Of a DNA stretch of 54,879 nt, positions 17,964 to 26,083 are shown in pieces. Location of the stretch: the NCBI GenBank assembly GCA_964549685.1, contig CAZJVE010000008.1, positions 1-54,879 of the forward strand, in the 5' to 3' direction. A program made the position numbers and the translations under genes. Under the pieces are notes generated by a model. That model had not been told where the DNA came from. It worked only from the letters and a program-made list of their open reading frames with translations, and ran no database searches. How positions within the stretch are numbered: the stretch's first letter is position 1; every line of letters begins with the position of its first letter. The DNA is from an uncultured archaeon. GTDB taxonomy: Archaea; Altiarchaeota; Altiarchaeia; IMC4; QMZM01.

Positions 17964-19606
17964 TGGATGTCGATGACCTAAGCAAGAAGCTCTTTGGTGA
18001 CGAAGAACCTCAAAAACCCACGTTCGGTCCTGAAAAGATAAGGCTCATTGTTGAGAGAATTCTATTAAGGAACAATCTGACCCTTAAGTCCATCGATGCG
18101 ACTGAAGAGGGAGACTATCTCGCAAAGTCCACCGACGCCGGGGGGAGCAGGATATTCTCCTTCGTAAGGCTGGAATCAGCAGAAAAGGGCATAGAGCGGG
18201 GCCCCCTGGAGGATTTCTACAATGAGGCGCTGGAGAGGAATTCCGACCGTCACATATTCATAACCGATTCGGTCTTCACGGAAGAGGCCCAGGCCTTTGC
18301 AGCCGAGAAGTACATCATCCTTGTCGATAGCGAAAAGATAGACTCTATCCTCGCAGAAAAAAAGGAGCTTGAGGTAGAAAAGGCATTCATCTCAGCCAAG
18401 AGCGACAGAGAGGCCCTTCAGCATTTCAAAACCCGGAGAAAGAAAAAGACATTACGTGTCATTGGAACGGAGGAAAAGATTGAGGAGATTGACAGGAGAT
18501 ACTCGCCTGTTGCATGCTATATGATTTCCTATGCGGGGGAGGAGGTTGTCGAAAAAACGAGAGTCTATGTGGACCTTGCTTATGGGGAGATTTATAGGGT
18601 TGTGGAGGGAAGGGTCGAGAAGAATGACATAATAAGGAGGATAATGAGCCTTCCCGAGGGTGCCAGGGAACTGCTAATCGAGCTGCTTCAGCATGAGAAG
18701 ATAGATGAGGAGCACATATCCGGAAAGGACCTCGAACTCCTGAAGAAGAAAAAGTTCGTCAAGATAAAGAGAAAGGAGAAGTCAAGCGGCATCCTCATTC
18801 TCATCATAGATGAGATACTCGATGCAGTGAGGCTTGTCTCACGCGGAGCATCAGAGTTTGGCGGCAAGAGCTCTCAGGCCGAGACGATATACCGTGACCC
18901 GCTGAAAACAAAAACCCAGAGGTTCGTCAGCCCCGACGTCATCGAGAAATTCGACCACACCTACGACCTTGAGTTCTATCTTCTCACAGGCAAACCAAAG
19001 GAAGAATTCGACCGTGACGATATTAAATACGACAAGGACGAGGTCGCGAGAATTCTCAACGCCCTGACGGAGGAGGAAGAGGAAATAGAGTACAGGTACC
19101 AGATATATACCCCCTATTACAAATGCAGATACCTGGGCAGGGACCGATACAGGCATCTTAGACACACCCCGCTCAAGTTCAAGAAGAAGAAGGCCCGCGT
19201 GTTCGGTGGCACATCCGGAGCAGTTATTACGTTTGCAAGTGGCCTGCCACTGATTATAGCTACAATTCTGCTGGTTGGGCTCATATCCACTTTTGCCACT
19301 AAGGAATCCCTATCCTGGGTTTTTACAGAGAACAGATCGGTGGATTCCCTAATAGCAGCGATTTTCGGAACCATACTACTCGGAGACCCGATAGCATCCT
19401 ATATCCTCGGAAGCGAGTTTTTGAATCTGGGACTCAGCCTCATAGCAGTGACATCCTTCCTTGTTGCATGGGTTTCTGTTGGCGTGGTACATCTTCCCAT
19501 AGAGTCAAGATTCCTTGGCACGAGATTCACATTGCTTAGAGCTGCCCTATCATTTATCCTTGCAATAGCGGTAGCTTTCGTTACAGTATCAATCATGGGG
19601 GTATAA
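17963..19606 (+). CDS. Fusion of an Mrr-like restriction-endonuclease domain, a soluble linker region and a DUF318-type permease half
   Basis: N-terminal IFITDSVFTEEAQAFA...IILVDSEKI (Mrr_cat-like); C-terminal ILLGDPIASYILGSEFL.LG.S..AV.SFLVAWVSVG.V.LP.E..FLG.RF.LLR (DUF318-like). Confidence 0.7.
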   Translation: MDVDDLSKKLFGDEEPQKPTFGPEKIRLIVERILLRNNLTLKSIDATEEGDYLAKSTDAGGSRIFSFVRLESAEKGIERGPLEDFYNEALERNSDRHIFITDSVFTEEAQAFAAEKYIILVDSEKIDSILAEKKELEVEKAFISAKSDREALQHFKTRRKKKTLRVIGTEEKIEEIDRRYSPVACYMISYAGEEVVEKTRVYVDLAYGEIYRVVEGRVEKNDIIRRIMSLPEGARELLIELLQHEKIDEEHISGKDLELLKKKKFVKIKRKEKSSGILILIIDEILDAVRLVSRGASEFGGKSSQAETIYRDPLKTKTQRFVSPDVIEKFDHTYDLEFYLLTGKPKEEFDRDDIKYDKDEVARILNALTEEEEEIEYRYQIYTPYYKCRYLGRDRYRHLRHTPLKFKKKKARVFGGTSGAVITFASGLPLIIATILLVGLISTFATKESLSWVFTENRSVDSLIAAIFGTILLGDPIASYILGSEFLNLGLSLIAVTSFLVAWVSVGVVHLPIESRFLGTRFTLLRAALSFILAIAVAFVTVSIMGV

Positions 19607-19608
19607 AA

Positions 19609-20121
19609 ATGGGATGGGGTAGATTTCAGTGGTATTTCCTGGCTTTGATTGCATTCATTTATTTAATCTTGATGGTCATTACTCCGGAGAAGGGGTCTCA
19701 GTCCCTGGAAGCCTCCAAGGAGGTTTTAATAACGATAGCCCCCTTCATAATTCTCGTTTTGGCATTGATGGTGGCAATTGATTATTTCCTCCCACCAGAG
19801 AAATTCATAAAGAACTTTGGGGCGGACTCAGGAGTCAAGGGCTTCATTATTGCAGTATTTCTGGGTATGATTATCGAGGGGGAGACTATTCTGTTATACC
19901 CGATGCTGAGGACACTTATGAAAGAAGATGTAAGGCCCGGCATAATAGCGACCTTCCTGTACGCAAAAGCGATTCATGTACCTGCACTCCCCATCATGGT
20001 GCTGTATTTTGGGGTTGAATACACGCTTATTGTAGCAGCAACAATGATTGTCGCTTCACTCGTGATAGGAATTCTCATTGAGCTGCCTCTGAGATTCTCC
20101 CGTTCATTCTACCGGCAATAG
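19609..20121 (+). CDS. DUF318-type permease, partner subunit
   Basis: FGADSGVKG, G..ILLYPMLRTL, IATFLYAKAIHVPALPIMVLYFG: the typical second half of paired DUF318 permeases. Confidence 0.75.
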   Translation: MGWGRFQWYFLALIAFIYLILMVITPEKGSQSLEASKEVLITIAPFIILVLALMVAIDYFLPPEKFIKNFGADSGVKGFIIAVFLGMIIEGETILLYPMLRTLMKEDVRPGIIATFLYAKAIHVPALPIMVLYFGVEYTLIVAATMIVASLVIGILIELPLRFSRSFYRQ

Positions 20122-21192
20122 TCCCTGCAAAAGCGAGTGGTCTGCCAGAACCAATGCAAGCATCGCCTCAACCACTGGAACGGCCCTCGGGACTATGCAC
20201 GGGTCGTGCCTGCCCTCGACCTTTATAGTCGCCTCCTCCATCGTTGCCAGGTTCACAGTCTTCTGCTCCTTTCCTATGGACGAGGTGGGCTTTATCGTGA
20301 CCCTGACGACTATCGGCATTCCGTTCGATATGCCGCCGAGAATTCCCCCGCAGTTGTTTGTGCTGGTTCTGACCTTGTTATCGTCGATAATGAACTCATC
20401 ATTCGCCTCTGAACCCTTCATCCCTGCCAGCCGAAGCCCCGCTCCAATCTCAACCCCCTTGACAGCGGGAATCCCCATCATTGCCGCTGCAATCTCCGCG
20501 TCCAGCTTATGAGCTAGGGGCTCCCCAAGGCCTGCAGGAACGCCGAGAGCAATTGCCTCTATCACTCCCCCAACAGAGTCGCTGTCCTCCCTCGCAGCAA
20601 GAATGGCATTCTCCATCTCGTCGGCTCTGTCCAGCGCTCTAACGGGGTTGGATTCTATCCTATTTTTTATTTCATTAACATTATCAGAATTTACCTCAAC
20701 ATCATCAGCCTTAATTCCTCCTATTTCTTTTGAATGAGCAAGGATATCAATTCCTGCAGTCTGCAGCAGCTTCTTCCCCACTGCCCCGGCAGCCACCCTG
20801 GCGGCGGTTTCCCTCGCGCTGCTCCTTCCGCCACCTCTCCAGTCTACATGACCAAACTTCTGTCTCCAGGTCAAATCCCCATGCCCGGGTCTTGGAGTAT
20901 CCTTGATGGCCTCGTACTTGCTCGAGTCTACGTCTTTGTTCCGAATCAGCATGGAAATAGGACTCCCCAGGCTCTTTCCCTCGAAGATTCCGGACAGGAT
21001 TTCGACCTTATCCTCCTCAGCCCTCGGCGTCACTATGGAGCTCTGCCCGGGTCTCCTCCTGTCCAGCTCTGCCTGAATCTCCTCCTGCTTCAGCTCAAGC
21101 CCGGAGGGACAGCCATCCACGACACAGCCGACTGCGCTGCCGTGCGATTCTCCCCACGCTGTCACTTGAAAAAGCCTCCCGAAGGTGTTCAT
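20104..21192 (-). CDS. aroC: Chorismate synthase
   Basis: Start re-set to MNTFGRLF (21192); WGESHG, PRPGHGD, GGGRSSARET, KPTSSI, GRHDPCI. Confidence 0.97.
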   Translation of the reverse strand: MNTFGRLFQVTAWGESHGSAVGCVVDGCPSGLELKQEEIQAELDRRRPGQSSIVTPRAEEDKVEILSGIFEGKSLGSPISMLIRNKDVDSSKYEAIKDTPRPGHGDLTWRQKFGHVDWRGGGRSSARETAARVAAGAVGKKLLQTAGIDILAHSKEIGGIKADDVEVNSDNVNEIKNRIESNPVRALDRADEMENAILAAREDSDSVGGVIEAIALGVPAGLGEPLAHKLDAEIAAAMMGIPAVKGVEIGAGLRLAGMKGSEANDEFIIDDNKVRTSTNNCGGILGGISNGMPIVVRVTIKPTSSIGKEQKTVNLATMEEATIKVEGRHDPCIVPRAVPVVEAMLALVLADHSLLQGLLPVE

Positions 21193-21193
21193 G

Positions 21194-21225
21194 TCAATAT
21201 ATTCGATTGAATTCCAATATATTGA
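21194..21225. promoter_or_regulatory. Symmetric bidirectional promoter (10-bp inverted repeat holding two TATA-like boxes)
   Basis: tcaatatatt-N12-aatatattga fills the 37-bp gap between the divergent aroC and fumarase starts; each arm is about 25-30 bp upstream of the opposite ATG. Confidence 0.6.
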
Positions 21226-21229
21226 GGAA

Positions 21230-22048
21230 ATGATAGATGAGAGCACAATCATTGAGCTGCTGAGGAAGGCAGTCTGCGACCTCCCCAAGGATGCTGATTC
21301 AGCGCTGGAAAAGGCCCTGAAGGCCGAGGAGAACGAGACAGCGAGGATTCAGCTAAAAAATATTCTGGATAATGTAAAGTATGCAAGAGAGAATTCAATT
21401 CCAATCTGTCAGGACACGGGAATTCTCAGGTTCTATGTCAGGCTGGGGAAGGTGGATGTGAAAGCGGAAGAAGTGAAGGGTGCCATTCTTCAGGCCGTTG
21501 AGAAGGCAACCGAGGAGATTCCCCTCAGGCCGAATTCCGTGGATGCAATAAGCAGAGAGAATTCCGGAAATATTCCTGAAATAGAATTTGAATTCACAAA
21601 AGACAACTCCATCGAAATCACAGTCCTCCCAAAAGGAGCGGGAGCGGAGAACATGTCTGCCCTTGCCATGCTGACCCCTGCTGATGGAACAGCAGGAATC
21701 AAAAAATTCATCATTGAGACCGTTAAGAAGGCCGGCGGGAAACCATGCCCTCCAACTATCGTCGGAGTTGGCATAGGCGGCCTGTCCGACACTGCTATGG
21801 GGCTTGCGAAGAAGGCCTTGCTGAGGAAGACCGGCGAGCCCAACCCGGACAGTGCGATAGCAAAACTGGAGAAAGAACTCCTGGAAGAAATAAACACTCT
21901 CGGAATAGGCCCCATGGGCCTCGGAGGAAAGACGACCTCCCTTGCTGTGCATATAGAAACCGCCCCGTGCCATACGGGCAGCCTTCCCGTTGCTGTAAAC
22001 CTGCAGTGCTGGGCCAACAGGAGGGCAACGGTCAGGATTTCAGAATAA
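21230..22048 (+). CDS. Fe-S fumarate hydratase / L-tartrate dehydratase alpha subunit
   Basis: Start MIDESTII (21230); PICQDTG, PKGAGAEN, KPCPP..VGVGIGG, GIGPMGLGG, CHTGSLPVAV..QCWA.R. Confidence 0.93.
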   Translation: MIDESTIIELLRKAVCDLPKDADSALEKALKAEENETARIQLKNILDNVKYARENSIPICQDTGILRFYVRLGKVDVKAEEVKGAILQAVEKATEEIPLRPNSVDAISRENSGNIPEIEFEFTKDNSIEITVLPKGAGAENMSALAMLTPADGTAGIKKFIIETVKKAGGKPCPPTIVGVGIGGLSDTAMGLAKKALLRKTGEPNPDSAIAKLEKELLEEINTLGIGPMGLGGKTTSLAVHIETAPCHTGSLPVAVNLQCWANRRATVRISE

Positions 22049-22432
22049 TTCCTTCTCAAAAAATGAAGGTTTGAGAATTCTTATACCCTCAAATTCCCCG
22101 ATATCCAGAAGGTGCTTATCGCTGCTTATTATGTAGTCGGCATTCCCTGCAACCGCGGCCTCAAGGAAGCGGTTATCTGCCTTGTCCGGGGAGGCGTTGA
22201 TTCTCCTGTCTGAGGTTACCTTCTTGGAAATTCTATAAAATTTAAGAATTTTATCCAGATAGTCCTTAGGCGGCTTTACTTTTTCGAGGATATGCAGATT
22301 CTCATTCTTGATTTCAGAGGTATAAACGGCATCAATATCGCCCTTCAGCACCATATCTATAATCCTGCTGGAACTGCTCCTCGGGTTCCATCTTGCAGCT
22401 ATAATCAGATTGGTGTCTATGACTATTATCAT
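22040..22432 (-). CDS. PIN-domain (VapC/PIN_3-type) ribonuclease
   Basis: IVIDTNLIIAA, DKADNRFLEAA, ADYIISSDKHLL. Confidence 0.88.
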   Translation of the reverse strand: MIIVIDTNLIIAARWNPRSSSSRIIDMVLKGDIDAVYTSEIKNENLHILEKVKPPKDYLDKILKFYRISKKVTSDRRINASPDKADNRFLEAAVAGNADYIISSDKHLLDIGEFEGIRILKPSFFEKELF

Positions 22433-22791
22433 TTCCTCTCAACGTTCTTAGTCGCAACTAAGTCAGCCCCAGTCCCGAGGATATCCTCGAGCAAGATATC
22501 GCCAACCTTTACCGGAGCCCCGACATTCAGCTTTCTGACTTCCCTCATGACGTCCATAATCCTCTCCTTTGGTATGGGTTTGGAGGTCTTGACGCTGACC
22601 AGGGGGAGTGAGCCGTTCATCACTCTGACAGAGGTTGCAAGCCCCCGTTCGGGAGAGAATATTTCCTTCTTTATGTATTCCGCGCCCTTGTCGCAGAGGT
22701 TGCCCTCCAGATTCTGAATCCCCTTCTCATCGAATTCGGCCTCAATCTCGCAGCCGTTCGGGCATATGATGCATATGAACTTCTTTTTCAT
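22429..22791 (-). CDS. DUF1667 CxxC metal-binding protein
   Basis: ICIICPNGC, GNLCDKG, VSVKTSKPIPK, APVKVGD. Confidence 0.9.
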   Translation of the reverse strand: MKKKFICIICPNGCEIEAEFDEKGIQNLEGNLCDKGAEYIKKEIFSPERGLATSVRVMNGSLPLVSVKTSKPIPKERIMDVMREVRKLNVGAPVKVGDILLEDILGTGADLVATKNVERK

Positions 22792-24026
22792 TCTAATTCT
22801 ATCGATAATGATTTAATCCCCTCGAGCTCCCCCTTCTTCAGCCCGACCTTTATCATCTCGGCGGGATTCACCTTCACCTTCTTTATCTCCTTTATTGTTT
22901 TGCCATCGCCCTTAACCACCAGCTTCCTGTCCCTCCCGGGTTCGCGGACCCGGAGCGAGAGCTTCACGTCCTCATCCCCGTTTATGCACTGCGGCAAAAC
23001 ATAACCGATCCCGTCCCCTGCACCGACCTCGATTCCTCCCTTCCCGCAGACCTTTCCTTTCACAAAATCAGCAGCCTGGACTCCGGCGCATTCCGCCTCC
23101 ATGGTTACGAAGTCGACTATATCGTGAACATGAAGAGAATTTCCACATGCAAATATCCCTGCAACGGAGGTTTCAAGGTTTTCATTTACCTTTGGCCCAC
23201 CTGTAATTGGGTCAAGGAGAATTCCCGCCTCTCTACTCAATTCATTTTCTGGAATAAGACCAACTGAAAGCAGGAGGGTATCGCAAGCGAATTCCCTTTC
23301 CGTTCCTGGAATGGGACACCATTTCTCATCCACCTCTGCTATGCTTATGGATTCGACTCTCCTCTTACCCTTTATTTCAGTGACAGTATGTTTCAGATAT
23401 AACGGAACCTCGAAGTCCTCCAGGCACTGAGTAATGTTCCTTGGAAGCCCGCTGGAATAGGGAAGAATCTCAACGACTGCGAGGACCTTTGCGCCCTCCA
23501 GTGTAAGTCGCCTGGCCATTATAAGCCCAATATCTCCTGAACCGAGAATCACTACCTTCTTACCGGGCATCAGGTTCATGAGGTTGATGAAGTTCTGCGC
23601 AGCCCCTGCAGTATAGACCCCAGCAGGTCTTGAGCCGGGGGTGCCTATCTGACCCCTCGTCCTTTCCCTTGCGCCCATTGCAAGGACTATCGCCTTGGCC
23701 TTTATCCTGTGGAGACCGGACTCGCTGGCGACGGTCAATTCTCTGTCCTTTGAGATGTTGATGACCATTGAATCGAGCATATGGGGAATTCCCAGCTTCT
23801 CAATTTTATCTATAAATCTCTGCATGTATTCAGGCCCTGTCAAAACCTCCTTGAAGATTTCAACACCAAATCCTTCATGAATGCACTGGTTCAGGATGCC
23901 GCCAAGGCTCTCGTTTCTTTCTATAAGTAGGATGTCCTTGACTCCCGCATTCCTGGCTGCTATTGCTGCGGCCATTCCGGCCGGGCCTCCCCCGATTATT
24001 GCGATATCGACCTCCTTCTCAATCAT
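22788..24026 (-). CDS. FAD/NAD(P)-dependent oxidoreductase (subunit of a three-gene G3P dehydrogenase-like complex)
   Basis: IIGGGPAG, LGGILNQCIH.GFG, AMGARERTR, GSGDIGLIMARR, FACGN.LHVHD; SD ggaggtga. Confidence 0.9.
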   Translation of the reverse strand: MIEKEVDIAIIGGGPAGMAAAIAARNAGVKDILLIERNESLGGILNQCIHEGFGVEIFKEVLTGPEYMQRFIDKIEKLGIPHMLDSMVINISKDRELTVASESGLHRIKAKAIVLAMGARERTRGQIGTPGSRPAGVYTAGAAQNFINLMNLMPGKKVVILGSGDIGLIMARRLTLEGAKVLAVVEILPYSSGLPRNITQCLEDFEVPLYLKHTVTEIKGKRRVESISIAEVDEKWCPIPGTEREFACDTLLLSVGLIPENELSREAGILLDPITGGPKVNENLETSVAGIFACGNSLHVHDIVDFVTMEAECAGVQAADFVKGKVCGKGGIEVGAGDGIGYVLPQCINGDEDVKLSLRVREPGRDRKLVVKGDGKTIKEIKKVKVNPAEMIKVGLKKGELEGIKSLSIELE

Positions 24027-24077
24027 CTCTCACCTCCGAAGCAGCGCCCATATACTCAATCATCTCTCATCCCCCAA

Positions 24078-25541
24078 TCACTCATCCTTCACCCTCCCCG
24101 TGAATAGCTCCGAGCCCATACCCTTTAGAGTTATATCCTTAATCTCCGGGTTGAATACCTCCCTGATAATCTCCACTATCTTGGGTTTGCAGAATCCTGA
24201 TTGACATCTGCCCATTCCCGCCCGGCACCTGTTCTTTATCGAGTTGAAGCTGACCGCCCCGAGGGGGTTGTCCAGAGCATCTATAATCTCCTGCTGCGTT
24301 ATCGTTTCGCATCGGCATACAACCCTGCCGTAGTTTGGGTTCTTCCGGATTAACTTAGCCTGCTTATCAGCAGGAAGCTCACCGAAATTTATGATTCCCT
24401 TTCTTTTTGGATTAAAATCGGAATTTGATTTCAAGTCTCTCTTCCCCTTTACAATATCCACAACCATGTTGGCTATCGCGGGAGCAGCCGTAAGTCCGGG
24501 GGATTCGATGCCGACCAGGTTGATGAAGCCCTCCAATTCTGGCTCCTCCTTAATCACGAAATCCGCTGGTTTCTTGGAGCCTGAGCTTATCAGTTTTGGC
24601 CTTATGCCTGCAAAGCTGCGGATGAAGTCCCGCCTCTCTATTTCCGGAAGGAGCTCCTTGGCCTCCTTGTAAAGGAGGTTCATCACATCGGCGGAATTCC
24701 CCACGTCATCATTATCTCCCAAATATTCAGCACTCGGGCCCAGCATGATGTTCCCGTGCACCGTTGGAGTCAGATGTACCCCAAGACCTGCGCAGTCTTT
24801 TGCAGGCACAGGATATATGAGATGATTAACCAGAGCGCTCTTGCTCTTGTCCAGAATATGGTACTCGCCCCGGCAGGGATAAATCTTATATTGCGAGATT
24901 CCCGCCGTCTCTGATATTTTATCGGCATAAAGGCCTGCACTATTTACGACAAAATCTGAAGTAAATTCCCCAGTGTTTGTTTTTATTTTAAATTTTCCAT
25001 CATTATTCTGAATTCCCCTGACCTCCGTGTTCAGCGAGAATTTTACCCCGTTCCTTGTTGCGTTCTCCGCAAGCGCGATTGTCAGCGTGAACGGGCAGAG
25101 AATTGCACTCGTTGGAGAGTGGAGGGCCTGAACACCCTGGATATTGGGCTCCAGCTTCTTTATTCTCTTCTCATCAATCATCCCCAACTCTTTTGTTCCG
25201 TTCTGCTCGCCCTGTTTTTTCAGCTTTTCAAGGTAGGGAATCTCGTCATCCTGTTTTGCAACCACAAGCTTGCCTATCTCATTGTAGGGGACGTCCAGCT
25301 CCTTGCAGAGCCCTGGCAGAATCTTATGCCCCTCGACATTGGTCTTTGCCTTCAGCGTCCCGGGCTGCATGTAGAATCCTGCATGAGCAACACCTGAGTT
25401 CCTTCCCGAGGTTCCGAAAGATACGTCGCACTCCTTCTCTAGAAGCACGGCACTAATATTGTATCTGGAGAATTCCCTGGCGATTGCACACCCAATAACA
25501 CCCCCACCGATTATTATGACGTCAAAATCACGGTCCATCAT
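24078..25541 (-). CDS. FAD-dependent glycerol-3-phosphate dehydrogenase/L2HG-oxidase-like protein with BFD-type [2Fe-2S] domain
   Basis: IIGGGVIG, GTSGRNSG, YPCRGEY, GIESPGLTAAP, C-terminal VCRCE...RAGMGRCQSGFC. Confidence 0.88.
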   Translation of the reverse strand: MMDRDFDVIIIGGGVIGCAIAREFSRYNISAVLLEKECDVSFGTSGRNSGVAHAGFYMQPGTLKAKTNVEGHKILPGLCKELDVPYNEIGKLVVAKQDDEIPYLEKLKKQGEQNGTKELGMIDEKRIKKLEPNIQGVQALHSPTSAILCPFTLTIALAENATRNGVKFSLNTEVRGIQNNDGKFKIKTNTGEFTSDFVVNSAGLYADKISETAGISQYKIYPCRGEYHILDKSKSALVNHLIYPVPAKDCAGLGVHLTPTVHGNIMLGPSAEYLGDNDDVGNSADVMNLLYKEAKELLPEIERRDFIRSFAGIRPKLISSGSKKPADFVIKEEPELEGFINLVGIESPGLTAAPAIANMVVDIVKGKRDLKSNSDFNPKRKGIINFGELPADKQAKLIRKNPNYGRVVCRCETITQQEIIDALDNPLGAVSFNSIKNRCRAGMGRCQSGFCKPKIVEIIREVFNPEIKDITLKGMGSELFTGRVKDE

Positions 25542-25588
25542 GTGATATATTTATTGGAGCCAGAACAGAAAATTCGCAAGAACTAGAA

Positions 25589-26005
25589 CTATCTGCGCTT
25601 CTTCTTCTTTGCTACACTCTTCAGCGCCCTGATTATAATCTTTCTCTCCCCGTCAGTGAGCCTCTCGTCCTTCTCTATTATCTTCTTGGCCTTTACACTG
25701 TCCGTGATAAGCAGATTCAGGAGCCTTATCTCCTCCAGCAAATCATTAATCACCTTTTCCTCGATGAGGGATGCCTGCTCCTTCAGATTCTCAATCTCCT
25801 TTTCCACTATGTGCTTGTCGGCGCTCGGCAGGGGCTGCGCCCTTATTGACTCCCACCTATCAAACTTCAGCTTGTTCACTGCCTTGAGCTCCTTCCTCAG
25901 CTTGCTTATCTCGTTCTCCTTGTTGATTATCGCTTTCGTCGCTGTACCAGACTCCCTGAAGAGCTCCATAAGTTCATGGTCCTCCTTGGACTCATAATCA
26001 GTCAT
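25589..26005 (-). CDS. Hypothetical coiled-coil protein
   Basis: 138 aa, E/K/L-rich helical sequence with basic tail; TATA-like AT-rich region upstream. Confidence 0.65.
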   Translation of the reverse strand: MTDYESKEDHELMELFRESGTATKAIINKENEISKLRKELKAVNKLKFDRWESIRAQPLPSADKHIVEKEIENLKEQASLIEEKVINDLLEEIRLLNLLITDSVKAKKIIEKDERLTDGERKIIIRALKSVAKKKKRR

Positions 26006-26083
26006 TTTGATAATAAATAGTCGATGGTAGATATAAATAGCGCCAGGCCTCTTTAAATTCCCTCAAATCCTAATTTATATGTT

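Noticed and set aside
21185-21288. Overlapping N-terminal extensions of aroC and fumarase (also the long starts at 27279, 31507, 32529, 38491, 45193)
   Set aside because: Homology begins at downstream ATGs, and using those removes the overlaps and leaves promoter-like gaps.
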